Program-made: the position numbers and the translations under genes
Source: a bacterium
Lineage (GTDB): Bacteria; Zhuqueibacterota; Zhuqueibacteria; Oceanimicrobiales; Oceanimicrobiaceae
NCBI GenBank assembly: GCA_046757025.1
Contig: JBHHXN010000006.1
Coordinates: 25,944-89,943, forward strand
Length of the DNA stretch: 64,000 bases
Direction: 5' to 3'
Notes under the pieces: generated by a model
Told to the model about the DNA's origin: nothing
What the model saw: the letters and a program-made list of their open reading frames with translations, nothing else
The model's database searches: none
Shown: piece after piece, positions 7,901 to 17,264 of the stretch
How positions within the stretch are numbered: the stretch's first letter is position 1
How the letters are laid out: every line of letters begins with the position of its first letter

Positions 7901-9616
7901 ATGAATGTGATTCATCAATTTGCAGAAACCTGGATGAGATTCTATGTGATTCATTTGCTTGAAATGTCACTTTTCATTATACTCATCTGGTTTACTGATA
8001 AATTCTTACGACTTCAAACCTGGTCACGCTATCTGCTCTGGATTCTGGCGTTGGTGAAAATCTTTGTTCCACCCGTTTTTACGTTTCCTTCAACCAGGCC
8101 ATCGCTGGTTACCGGACCGATGATTTATCTGCCTACTGTTTCACCATCTCCCTTGGCTGGGCCGCAAACTTTGCAGGCGATTTTTCCACTTCTGTTGTTT
8201 GGGTTGTGGATTTCCTGGGTTGGTTCGATGACGTATTTTATGGTGGTTAAAAATAGAAATTTTCAAAGACGCTTGCTAGACGCAAAACCCATTTCGAACC
8301 TGACTGAAACAAAGCTGAGTACCTGCTTGCCAATTTATGTTTCAAGTCAAATCCAATCCCCCGTTCTTTTTGGCGCGTGGAAACAGAAATTGTATTTGCC
8401 TATTGAATGGCAAAACTGGTCAGACAAGGAGCTAAAAAGCATCGTAGCCCACGAAACCGCCCATTTTCATAAACGGGATATTTGGGTGTTGATTTTACAA
8501 CATCTGGCCATTGTCTTGTTTGGGGTCAATCCATTAATCTGGTTAGTACATAATCGATTGAATTATGTGCGTGAATTGAATTGTGATGAAATGGCCATCC
8601 AGCACTCTGGCATAAAACCTGTAGAGTACAGCCAGCTCATCTACTCGTTTATTGAGAAACAGGCACAACCGCCCGGTCTCGTAATCATGGGCAAATCGTT
8701 TTTCAACAACGATCAATCTTTAATTAAGCGTATGAATAATATTCTTAAATTCGAGGAGTCTAACATGAAAATCAAATCAATTTGGCAAGTCATTTTATCG
8801 ATTTTTTTGGCGGTTTTGATTTTACCGTTTTCCTGGAAGTGTGCTGAAAAGCCGTCTGATCAGAGCCTTGGTAAAGAGTTTACTCCCGGCCTTGTCCAGC
8901 CACAAACGGACATTTCATCAGAAAAATCTGAGAAATTTCAGCCCTTTAATGAACCTCCCAAACCCATCGGGGGATTTCAAGCGATTCAAGCAAATATTCA
9001 TTATCCGGAGATAGCAAGAAAAGCCGGTATGGAAGAAACGGTTATCGTGCAAGTTTATGTTGATGAACACGGCGAAGTGGCGGATGCCACCGTTTTGAGG
9101 ACGAAAAATGGCGGCGAGCCGGGCTTCAAAGAAGCGGCCCTTGCCGCGGTCAAAAAAGTGAAGTGGCAACCTGCGCTTTGGAAAGGCAAACCCGTGGCGG
9201 TGCAGGTGGCGATTCCAGTGATTTTTCAATTGGCCAGCGATGGAGTCTCGTCTCCGGATAAAGAGCCTAAAGTATTCCAATTTTCTATACCCAATAATAA
9301 AGTGAAATTTCAGCCATTCGATGAAGCTCCGCAACCGGTGGGCGGATTCACAGCTATCCAGAAAAACCTGCAGTATCCGGTGATTGCGCGCAAAGCGGGC
9401 ATCGAAGGGCGGGTTGTCATCAATATTTTGGTATCAGCACAAGGAGAAATTGCCGATGCGGTAGTGATGAAATCGTTAGGGCATAGCGGCTGTGATGAAG
9501 CGGCAATCAATGCACTCAAGAGTGTTAAGTGGCGGCCGGCGAAAAATAAAGGCCAGGCGGTGGAGATGTGGGTCGCGATTCCCGTTGAGTTTAAATTATC
9601 CGAAACGGTTAAATAG
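7901..9616 (+). CDS. BlaR1/M56 family metallopeptidase fused to two TonB C-terminal domains
   Basis: N-terminal TMs, HETAH zinc motif, NPLIW, RELNCDE; two repeats of YP..ARKAG.E..V...W.PA...G..V.V...IPV.F.L. Confidence 0.9.
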   Translation: MNVIHQFAETWMRFYVIHLLEMSLFIILIWFTDKFLRLQTWSRYLLWILALVKIFVPPVFTFPSTRPSLVTGPMIYLPTVSPSPLAGPQTLQAIFPLLLFGLWISWVGSMTYFMVVKNRNFQRRLLDAKPISNLTETKLSTCLPIYVSSQIQSPVLFGAWKQKLYLPIEWQNWSDKELKSIVAHETAHFHKRDIWVLILQHLAIVLFGVNPLIWLVHNRLNYVRELNCDEMAIQHSGIKPVEYSQLIYSFIEKQAQPPGLVIMGKSFFNNDQSLIKRMNNILKFEESNMKIKSIWQVILSIFLAVLILPFSWKCAEKPSDQSLGKEFTPGLVQPQTDISSEKSEKFQPFNEPPKPIGGFQAIQANIHYPEIARKAGMEETVIVQVYVDEHGEVADATVLRTKNGGEPGFKEAALAAVKKVKWQPALWKGKPVAVQVAIPVIFQLASDGVSSPDKEPKVFQFSIPNNKVKFQPFDEAPQPVGGFTAIQKNLQYPVIARKAGIEGRVVINILVSAQGEIADAVVMKSLGHSGCDEAAINALKSVKWRPAKNKGQAVEMWVAIPVEFKLSETVK

Positions 9617-9746
9617 TGTTGGAACGAAAACGATTCTATCTTCCCGAAGGCCTCCTGGCCGAGGGTTGATTCCTGCCTGGCTCGGCGGGGACGCCTTGGC
9701 GAGGAGGTTTAGAAATTGCGCATTTCTCGAGTTTTCGTTCAGACTC
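9616..9746. mobile_element. 131-bp MITE (family B), copy 1
   Basis: Imperfect TIR GTGTTGGAACGAAAA...TTTTCGTTCAGACTC, flanked by TAAATA on both sides. An inverted homologous 131-bp copy lies at 22902-23032. Confidence 0.7.
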
Positions 9747-10028
9747 TAAATAGTGTTTGTCCGAAAATTTCACTTCTGTTCACTCTTGAGGGTATAAAAA
9801 TGGAGTAGGGCTTTTTCCCCCTTGAGGGGGATAAAGGGGATGTTTGTTCAGCGGGCATGCTGCGAGCTTATTTTACGACTCATCGCCGCGGCGAAAGCGC
9901 AGCGCGCTCGCTGCGTGAGCCGCCCGCAACCCCGTTCATTCTCCACTCAGCGGTTGTTCTTACGCCGGGCGTGTTCATACCTCGGCGCGCTGAGAAAGTG
10001 CTTTTCGCTCAAACGCCCATGAGTAGGG

Positions 10029-11474
10029 CTATTCCTGCAGCACCAGCTCTCCCCAGATGTACGGATTGGCTTTGGCAAACATGGAGCTGTCTGACGCCCA
10101 GTACCATTCACATTTTTTGCCGGGGTTCAGGATGATGTTGAAAAGACAGCGGGTGCCGTTTTTCATCTCTAAAAACTCCAGGGCTCCGGTGGTAATTTTC
10201 AGAAACAGGACGCGGGCATCATTTGATTTCAGCAATTGTGCCTGCACCTTTTGTGATCCTTTTTTATCTTGCGGGTAGATTTGCTGCAATTGCAACTGCC
10301 CATCGGCTGCCACGATATCCCAGATAAAAGCGCCGGGTTGGGAGGTAACTGAACGTTGGTTTTTCATACCGAACATGATGTTTGCCACTATGTGCTTTTT
10401 CTTGGCGTTTGTTGATGTTGGATTATTGGGGACAGTCAAAATGAAGCCATCAGTAAACCAGCCGATTTTTACCAGCGGCATATCGCAATCGCTTCTTTTC
10501 ACGGCAGCGAAACCGGGCTTTTTTAGCGATAATTGATTTGGAAGCGCATTCAAAGTTAACTTTTGGAGTTGTGTTTCGTTTATTTTCTTCACGCTTACCG
10601 TTGGCAGAGGTGGTAAAAATGCGCGGTGATTATCGAAATAGGACTCTGGCAGGCGATAAATTTCAGCTTGTTCGTTGGTGAAAACAATATCTGAGCCGTC
10701 GAAGCAAATGCCTTCACTCTGGCGTCCTTCAAGCAAAATTTTCTTATGAGGACCTGCCAAATAATTGTCGCTATCCTTGGGCTTTTCAAACAAGTAGATG
10801 TATTCGTAGCAAAGAATGGCGAGACGGCTGCCATTGGGGGAGACGTCAGCCGCCGTGACCATGCCATCGATTTCGAACTCACCAATTTTACTCAAAATCT
10901 GCTTTTGATTATCTACCAGTTGGTTGAATCGGTATAATTTTGTTCGATGGTTGCTGCGGTGTTTTGTGAGCAAATACAGATGGCCATTCGCCCAGAAGGC
11001 TGCTTCGCAGTCAAAATTCATATTTTGTGGATTGGGAAATTGCTTCTGATCTGGGTAGCTGAAGGGAATGCGCTTGCTCACACGGGCCACTTTGGCCTTG
11101 GACGGATCGGGTTCCTCGATCACATAAATGGCGAGGTCCTGGCGATCATTAGCGTTGTTGCCAAAATCCCCGATGATAAGGTGTCCCGAATCGTCCACTG
11201 CGATATCCTCCCAGTCGATATTTTCCGCATCCTCAATTCGAATATTGCCGATAAACTCACCGGTTTGCGTGGTAGCAAATATACGGGAATCGTTGCCGGA
11301 ATCATTGTGGGTCCAAAAGACATTTTTAAATTGCCGGCTTTTAACTAAACCAGACGATTCTTTGATTTCAGGGTTTTCGAAACGGGCAACAGGTTGCCAG
11401 GCTATATCCGTATTGGACTTGCAGGTAAGGAGAGTCGCGACAGCACAGAGCCAAAACCAGAGATTTATTTTCAT
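10029..11474 (-). CDS. Lipoprotein with N-terminal beta-propeller-like domain (ESSGL...WTHNDSG...DWEDIA family), function unknown
   Basis: Lipobox LLT-C; motifs ESSGL, WTHNDSG, DWEDIA, IGDFGNN, FDCEA, TAADVSP. Confidence 0.65.
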   Translation of the reverse strand: MKINLWFWLCAVATLLTCKSNTDIAWQPVARFENPEIKESSGLVKSRQFKNVFWTHNDSGNDSRIFATTQTGEFIGNIRIEDAENIDWEDIAVDDSGHLIIGDFGNNANDRQDLAIYVIEEPDPSKAKVARVSKRIPFSYPDQKQFPNPQNMNFDCEAAFWANGHLYLLTKHRSNHRTKLYRFNQLVDNQKQILSKIGEFEIDGMVTAADVSPNGSRLAILCYEYIYLFEKPKDSDNYLAGPHKKILLEGRQSEGICFDGSDIVFTNEQAEIYRLPESYFDNHRAFLPPLPTVSVKKINETQLQKLTLNALPNQLSLKKPGFAAVKRSDCDMPLVKIGWFTDGFILTVPNNPTSTNAKKKHIVANIMFGMKNQRSVTSQPGAFIWDIVAADGQLQLQQIYPQDKKGSQKVQAQLLKSNDARVLFLKITTGALEFLEMKNGTRCLFNIILNPGKKCEWYWASDSSMFAKANPYIWGELVLQE

Positions 11475-11642
11475 TACGTCGCTTTCTAAATTGGGGTTCA
11501 TCTGAAACAGGTAGAACAAACTAATTGCGCAAGCCGCGCATTCAAATCACCTTATGTTCAAATTGCTTTTGAGAGAAAACGCAAACCAGCTTTAAATGGA
11601 AGACAACACTATTTATCTATTTGCGATGCTTGCCAGCATCGT

Positions 11643-12887
11643 TTAATACCTTTTCAAAACAATACTGGCATTGGTTCCGCCAAAGCCAAAAGAATTTGAC
11701 AGGCAAACATCAATTTTGGCTTTTCTCGGCTCGTTCGGCACATAGTCCAGATCGCATTCCGGGTCAGGCGTTTCATAATTGATGGTGGGGGGGAGAATTT
11801 GATTTTCAATGGCCTTGATACAATAAATCGCTTCGATGGCCCCCGCAGCGCCCAGCAAATGACCGGTCATGGATTTGGTGGAGCTCATGGCGAGTCGGTA
11901 CGCATGCTCTCTAAAAACATCTTTCACTGCTTTGGTTTCCGTGACGTCGTTCAACGGTGTGGAAGTGCCATGGGCGTTGATGTAATCCACCTCCTCAGGG
12001 TGAATGGCTGCATTTTTCAGAGCGTTTTGCATGCAAAGTCTGGGACCGCGACCCTGGGGATCGGGCGCGGTAATGTGAAATGCGTCAGTGCTCATTCCGA
12101 ACCCGATGACTTCCGCATAGATGTTGGCATTGCGTTTTTTAGCGTATTCTAGCTCTTCGAGGATGATCACGCCCGCCCCTTCGCTGGACACAAATCCATC
12201 TCGGTGCAGATCAAACGGCCGGCAGGCTTTCTCGGGTTCGTGGTTCCGCAACGAAAGCGCGCGGGCATTGGCAAAACCGGCCATAGCCACCGGCACCAGA
12301 GTAGCTTCGGCGCCGCCCACGATCATGGCTTCTGCTTCGCCGCGGACGATGGTGTAGTAGCCATCTGCGATGGCGTGCACGCCAGTGGAGCAGGCTGAAA
12401 CGACGCCGTAACTGGGTCCGCGGATTTGGTATTTGATGGCAATCTGCCCGGAGGCTAAATTGATGATGGCCGATGGGATAAAAAATGGTGAAATGCGGTT
12501 GCTTTGTCCGTTGTACGCTTTGATCGTATTTTGTTCGATGACCGTAATGCCTCCCTGTCCCGAACCGATGATCACTCCCACGCGTTCGGTGTTGGACTCA
12601 TCGATCAATAATCTCGCATCCGTCATGGCTTCCGCTGTTGCGGCAATGGCGTACTGAATGAACGGATCCATTTTTTTTACTTCTTTTTTGTCGATAAAAT
12701 CTTCAGGATGGAAGTCTTTGACTTCACCTGCAATTTTAACTGGAATTTCAGCAATATCAAATTTCGTCAGGGGGCCGATACCGGATTCCCCGTTTAAAAT
12801 GTTGCTCCAGTTTTCTTTTACCGTTAAACCGACCGGCGTAACCATACCCATGCCGGTCACTACGACACGACGTTTCCTTTCATCCAT
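11643..12887 (-). CDS. fabF: 3-oxoacyl-ACP synthase II
   Basis: RRVVVTG, SACSTG catalytic Cys, NAHGTST, KSMTGHLLGAAG, SNSFGFGG. Confidence 0.96.
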   Translation of the reverse strand: MDERKRRVVVTGMGMVTPVGLTVKENWSNILNGESGIGPLTKFDIAEIPVKIAGEVKDFHPEDFIDKKEVKKMDPFIQYAIAATAEAMTDARLLIDESNTERVGVIIGSGQGGITVIEQNTIKAYNGQSNRISPFFIPSAIINLASGQIAIKYQIRGPSYGVVSACSTGVHAIADGYYTIVRGEAEAMIVGGAEATLVPVAMAGFANARALSLRNHEPEKACRPFDLHRDGFVSSEGAGVIILEELEYAKKRNANIYAEVIGFGMSTDAFHITAPDPQGRGPRLCMQNALKNAAIHPEEVDYINAHGTSTPLNDVTETKAVKDVFREHAYRLAMSSTKSMTGHLLGAAGAIEAIYCIKAIENQILPPTINYETPDPECDLDYVPNEPRKAKIDVCLSNSFGFGGTNASIVLKRY

Positions 12888-12941
12888 ACTTCAGGCATTC
12901 CTTTTCAAAGTTGATTCATCTGCTAACTGTTTATCAAAGAA

Positions 12942-13292
12942 TTATGCTGATTCTGCTTGAATTTCCTCAATGGCGTTAAACGCATATCGCAAATGAGGAA
13001 TGACGATGGAACCGCCTACGATCAATGCGATATTCATAGCCTCGTGCAATTCTTCGGTGGTGGCGCCTTCGGCGATTGAACGATCCAGATGGTAGAAAAT
13101 ACAGTCGTTGCAACGCAATACCATGGACGCCACCAATCCCATTAATTCCTTCATTTTAGCTGGCAAGGCGCCGTCGATATAGGCTTTATGATCCAGTGCG
13201 AAGAATTTTTTAAAATCTTGAAAACCGCTGTTCAGGATTTTCTCATTCATATCCGCACGATATTTTCTTGTTTCAGAAGTAGTGATTTTCAT
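12942..13292 (-). CDS. Carboxymuconolactone decarboxylase / AhpD-like protein
   Basis: DGALPAKMKELMGLVASMVLRCNDCIFYH, containing the CxxC..H signature. Confidence 0.88.
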   Translation of the reverse strand: MKITTSETRKYRADMNEKILNSGFQDFKKFFALDHKAYIDGALPAKMKELMGLVASMVLRCNDCIFYHLDRSIAEGATTEELHEAMNIALIVGGSIVIPHLRYAFNAIEEIQAESA

Positions 13293-13371
13293 GTTTATCC
13301 GGCTAGTTCAATATAAAATAAACTGATTTTATAAATAATAAATTCCTCTCACAAAAGCATCTCTGAAGTAC

Positions 13372-14127
13372 TCAGCGGTCACCGCCAATAATATCGCCTA
13401 AAATGCCCAGCGAACCGCCTCTTTTCACTTCACCGACGTTGCTTCGAATCGCAGAAGAAACCCGATCTGCCAGGCGGGAGAATGGCAGGGTTTGCAGGTA
13501 AACTTTGCCTGGCCCTTTTAGTTTGGCAAAGAACAAACCCTCACCTCCAAAAAACGCGGTTTTGATTCCCCCAACAAATTGTATGTCGTAATCCACGGAT
13601 TCTTCAATGGCCACCAGGCAGCCAGTGTCCACCTTCAAGGACTCTTCGGCTGACAATTGTCTTTCTATGATGGCGCCGCCGGCATGGACAAAGGCCAGTC
13701 CGTCACCCTGTAATTTTTGCAAGATGAATCCCTCACCGCCAAAAAATCCCGCCCCCAATCTTTTTGTAAACGCAATGGAAATGTCGATGCCGTAAGCTGA
13801 GCACAGGTAGGCATCTCTTTGACAGAGCATCGAGCCCGATGCATTTAAGTCCAGAGGAATAATTTTGCCAGGGTAGGGTGCGGCAAATGCGACTTTGCCT
13901 TGTCCGCTACCAGAATACTGGAAAGTGGTGATAAAAAAAGATTCACCCGTCAGGATTCTTTTGACGCCTTTAAGCAGACCGCCACCGGTGCCGGTATTCA
14001 TATTCACACCGTCAGTCATGTACATCATGGCGCCGGCTTCGGCTTGTACCATTTCGCCGGAGTCGAGCGTGATGATCACGGCCTGCATGTCATCGCCCAC
14101 GAGTTCATAATCAATTTGATGAGCCAT
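13372..14127 (-). CDS. TIGR00266 / AIM24 family protein
   Basis: AEAGAMMYM, GESFF, FAAPYPG, FFGGEGF, FGGEGLF, GPGKVYLQTLP. Confidence 0.9.
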   Translation of the reverse strand: MAHQIDYELVGDDMQAVIITLDSGEMVQAEAGAMMYMTDGVNMNTGTGGGLLKGVKRILTGESFFITTFQYSGSGQGKVAFAAPYPGKIIPLDLNASGSMLCQRDAYLCSAYGIDISIAFTKRLGAGFFGGEGFILQKLQGDGLAFVHAGGAIIERQLSAEESLKVDTGCLVAIEESVDYDIQFVGGIKTAFFGGEGLFFAKLKGPGKVYLQTLPFSRLADRVSSAIRSNVGEVKRGGSLGILGDIIGGDR

Positions 14128-14327
14128 TATTCGCCTTTTTTAGAATCTGGAATATTTATGTTATGAAATTGTTAAAAATGAAATTTAAATCCAAAGAAGT
14201 TAAAAGTCAAGATTTAAAAATCGCCGATTCTTTTTTTCTTGCTTTTTCCACTTCAAAAGATTAATTTTTTCATTCAAACTGTCGTTAATCGAACGGCAGT
14301 TTGAGTGGAATGCGAAAGGGAGAATAT

Positions 14328-16121
14328 ATGGACATTGAGACGCTGAGCCGGTTGTTTTGTCATAATGTTTCGCAATTTAATAAATCTGATTTAATGGTTT
14401 ACCGCGGAAAGGCAGGCGCTTTCTATAAGATCTCCAGCAATGAATTCAAAGACCGGGTGATCAATTTTGCACTGGGATTGAAAAAGCTGGGTATCAAGCC
14501 GGAATCAAAAGTCATTCTGCTTTCAGAAAATCGTCCTGAATGGCACATTGCCGATTTTGCCTGCCACCTTTTAAATGCGGTGGTAGTACCGATTTTTCCC
14601 ACGCTCATCGCCGAACAAATTCAATATATTGTTCAGAATAGCGACAGCGAAGCGATCATCCTTTCCAACAAGCAGCAGGCTGGTAAGATCCATCAAATTA
14701 AGCCAGAGTTGAAAAAAGTTAAAACGATTGTCACCATGGAGCCGGAAGCGGCTCTGGAAGAGGATTTGTGTTTCGAAAAAGTCATCGAATGCGGTCGCGA
14801 ACAGGACGATGCCGGATTTTTTGAGAAAGCCGTTCAATCCGCAGATGCGGACACCGTGGCCACGATCATCTACACATCTGGCACCACCGGCGCGCCCAAA
14901 GGGGTCATGCTTACTCACAAAAATATTGTTGCGAACGTAATGGGGTGTTCAAAAGTCATCGATATCACCTCCAGCGATCGGGGATTGTCATTTCTACCGC
15001 TTTCACACGCATTCGAACGAACGGTGGATTATTTATATTTTTATCGAGGCGCCACGGTAATTTATTCGAGCATTGACCGCGTTGCGGAGGACATGCTGGA
15101 AACTCAGCCTACCATCATGGCTTCGGTACCGCGGTTCTACGAAAAAGTCAAATCAAAAATTGAATCCAATGTTCAACAGAGCGGTTTTATAAAACAAAAG
15201 CTGTTTCACTGGGCGATTCAGATTGGTCGCCAAAAATTTCAAACGGACATGAATTCGCACAAACGAGGGCTGAAATTGAGTTTGTTTTTTGGAATAGCTA
15301 ACAAATTGGTTTTATCGAAAATACGAGCCCGCACGGGCGATAGAATAAAGTATTTTATTTCTGGCGGCGCGCCGCTTTCAAGCGACGTTGCACAATTTTT
15401 TTTCGCCACCGGCTTGAAGATTTTAGAGGGGTACGGTTTAACCGAAACCGCACCGGTCATCACGGTGAATCGTCCTCAAAAACCCAAAATTGGCACCGTC
15501 GGGCAATTACTGCCGGGCAACGAAGTCAAAATTGCTGAAGATGGAGAAATCCTGACCCGAGGCCCAAATGTCATGAAAGGTTACTACAAATTGCCGGCTG
15601 AGACGGCGGAAGTCATGGTGGATGAGTGGTTTCATACCGGCGACATCGGTTCATTGGATGAGGAAGGCTTTCTCTCCATCACCGATCGCAAAAAACAATT
15701 GATTGTGACTTCCGTCGGCAAAAAGGTCGCACCCCAGGCCATCGAAAAGGAAGTGGAGAACAGTCCGTATATTGAACAGGTTTTGCTCATCGGCGAAAAG
15801 CGCAACTTCATCAGCGCTTTGATCGTTCCGGATTTTGAAGCCCTGGAAATTTTTGCGAAAAAAAATAAACTCCGTTACCAAAATCGGTCTGACTTGCTCC
15901 GGCAAGCTGCTATTTTGGATTTGATTCAGAAAGAAGTCGATGCCCGGCAGTCTATATTTTCAAATTACGAAAAAATTCGAAAATTCCAGCTTTTGACCGA
16001 ACCTTTCACCATTGAAAATGATCAGTTAACACCCACCCTGAAAATAAAAAGGCGGGTGGTGGAAAAAAAATATGCGGATTTGATCGAAAGCCTGTACCAG
16101 GAGAAACCAGACAATAAATAA
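14328..16121 (+). CDS. fadD: Long-chain fatty acid-CoA ligase (AMP-dependent synthetase)
   Basis: IIYTSGTTGAPKGVMLTH, LPLSHAFE, EGYGLTET, WFHTGDIG, LTPTLKIKR. Confidence 0.9.
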   Translation: MDIETLSRLFCHNVSQFNKSDLMVYRGKAGAFYKISSNEFKDRVINFALGLKKLGIKPESKVILLSENRPEWHIADFACHLLNAVVVPIFPTLIAEQIQYIVQNSDSEAIILSNKQQAGKIHQIKPELKKVKTIVTMEPEAALEEDLCFEKVIECGREQDDAGFFEKAVQSADADTVATIIYTSGTTGAPKGVMLTHKNIVANVMGCSKVIDITSSDRGLSFLPLSHAFERTVDYLYFYRGATVIYSSIDRVAEDMLETQPTIMASVPRFYEKVKSKIESNVQQSGFIKQKLFHWAIQIGRQKFQTDMNSHKRGLKLSLFFGIANKLVLSKIRARTGDRIKYFISGGAPLSSDVAQFFFATGLKILEGYGLTETAPVITVNRPQKPKIGTVGQLLPGNEVKIAEDGEILTRGPNVMKGYYKLPAETAEVMVDEWFHTGDIGSLDEEGFLSITDRKKQLIVTSVGKKVAPQAIEKEVENSPYIEQVLLIGEKRNFISALIVPDFEALEIFAKKNKLRYQNRSDLLRQAAILDLIQKEVDARQSIFSNYEKIRKFQLLTEPFTIENDQLTPTLKIKRRVVEKKYADLIESLYQEKPDNK

Positions 16122-16129
16122 AATATCAT

Positions 16130-16158
16130 TTGCATTTTAATTATCGAATTTCTATATT
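16130..16158 (+). promoter_or_regulatory. Putative sigma70 promoter of the his operon
   Basis: TTGCAT, 17 bp, TATATT, upstream of the leader ORF. Confidence 0.5.
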
Positions 16159-16186
16159 CGGTGAATTAAAATAGAGAAATCAAATT

Positions 16187-16297
16187 ATGTTTAAAAATTC
16201 ATCAGCCAATCAGCTTCATATACCTTTTCATCATCACCATCATGTATTCTTGATGGTGAGTTGTGTGATTGCGCACAGGTACCGGTTGATGAAATAG
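16187..16297 (+). CDS. hisL: his operon leader peptide (36 aa)
   Basis: MFKNSSANQLHIPFHHHHHVFLMVSCVIAHRYRLMK*: five consecutive His codons directly upstream of a terminator and hisG. Confidence 0.85.
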   Translation: MFKNSSANQLHIPFHHHHHVFLMVSCVIAHRYRLMK

Positions 16298-16326
16298 AAT
16301 AATCCATACTTCGTAATAAATCACAT

Positions 16327-16364
16327 AACCCGCTATCAAGTTTCGGTAGCGGGTTTTTTGTTTT
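16327..16364 (+). terminator. his attenuator terminator
   Basis: AACCCGCTATC-loop-GGTAGCGGGTT followed by TTTTGTTTT, located between the leader and hisG. Confidence 0.85.
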
Positions 16365-16391
16365 AATTAGAAAAGGGAAGTGACTTTTACC

Positions 16392-17261
16392 ATGAATCTG
16401 AAAATTGGTTTACCAAAAGGCAGTCTTCAGGAAGCGACTTTAAATTTGATGCGAAAAGCCGGCTTCAATTTTTCCATTCGCGATCGCTCTTATTTTCCTG
16501 CCAGCGATGATGACGAGTTAGAAGCCATTCTCATCCGGGCGCAGGAAATCGCTCGTTACGTTTACGACGGCGTGCTCGATGTGGGCATCACCGGCAAAGA
16601 TTGGATCCTTGAAAGCGGGAAGGAAGTGGTTGAAGTGACTGAGCTTATTTACTCAAAAGCGAGTTTTCGTCCAGTGCGCTGGGTTGTGGCGGTGCCGGAA
16701 AATTCAATCATTAAAACCATTGAAGAGTTAAATGGGAAAAGAATCGCCACCGAAGCCGTGAGCATCACCAAAAAATATCTGGCGCAGAAAAATATTCAGG
16801 CAGAAGTGGAGTTTTCATGGGGCGCCACCGAAGCCAAAACCCCGGAGCTGGTGGATGCTATCGTGGAAATCACCGAGTCGGGCGCCTCCTTGCGGGCGAA
16901 TAATTTACGTATTCTGGACACGGTTTTAACGTCCACGGTCAGGCTCATCGCCAACAAAAATAGCTTTGAGGAGCCCTGGAAAAAAGAAAAAATCCAGAGC
17001 ATCGCCTTGCTCATGCATGGCGCGATTCAGGCAAGCGGTAAAGTCGGCCTAAAACTCAATTTAAAAAAATCGGATATCGATAAAGTCCGGTCTATTTTGC
17101 CGGCTATGAAACGACCCACCATCTCGCCGCTGTTAGGAAACGAATGGGTGGCGCTGGAGACCATCGTCGATGAAAAAGTGGTGCGTACCATCATCCCATT
17201 GCTTAAAAAAGCCGGCGCAGAAGACATTATTGAATATCCTTTAAATAAAGTGATAAAGTGA
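16392..17261 (+). CDS. hisG: ATP phosphoribosyltransferase (long form)
   Basis: [45 protein letters not shown]-terminal regulatory domain present. Confidence 0.96.
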   Translation: MNLKIGLPKGSLQEATLNLMRKAGFNFSIRDRSYFPASDDDELEAILIRAQEIARYVYDGVLDVGITGKDWILESGKEVVEVTELIYSKASFRPVRWVVAVPENSIIKTIEELNGKRIATEAVSITKKYLAQKNIQAEVEFSWGATEAKTPELVDAIVEITESGASLRANNLRILDTVLTSTVRLIANKNSFEEPWKKEKIQSIALLMHGAIQASGKVGLKLNLKKSDIDKVRSILPAMKRPTISPLLGNEWVALETIVDEKVVRTIIPLLKKAGAEDIIEYPLNKVIK

Positions 17262-17264
17262 AAA

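Noticed and set aside
11600..11615. ACAACACTATTTA as another MITE end
   Set aside because: No matching opposite end was found nearby, and the match is too short to support.
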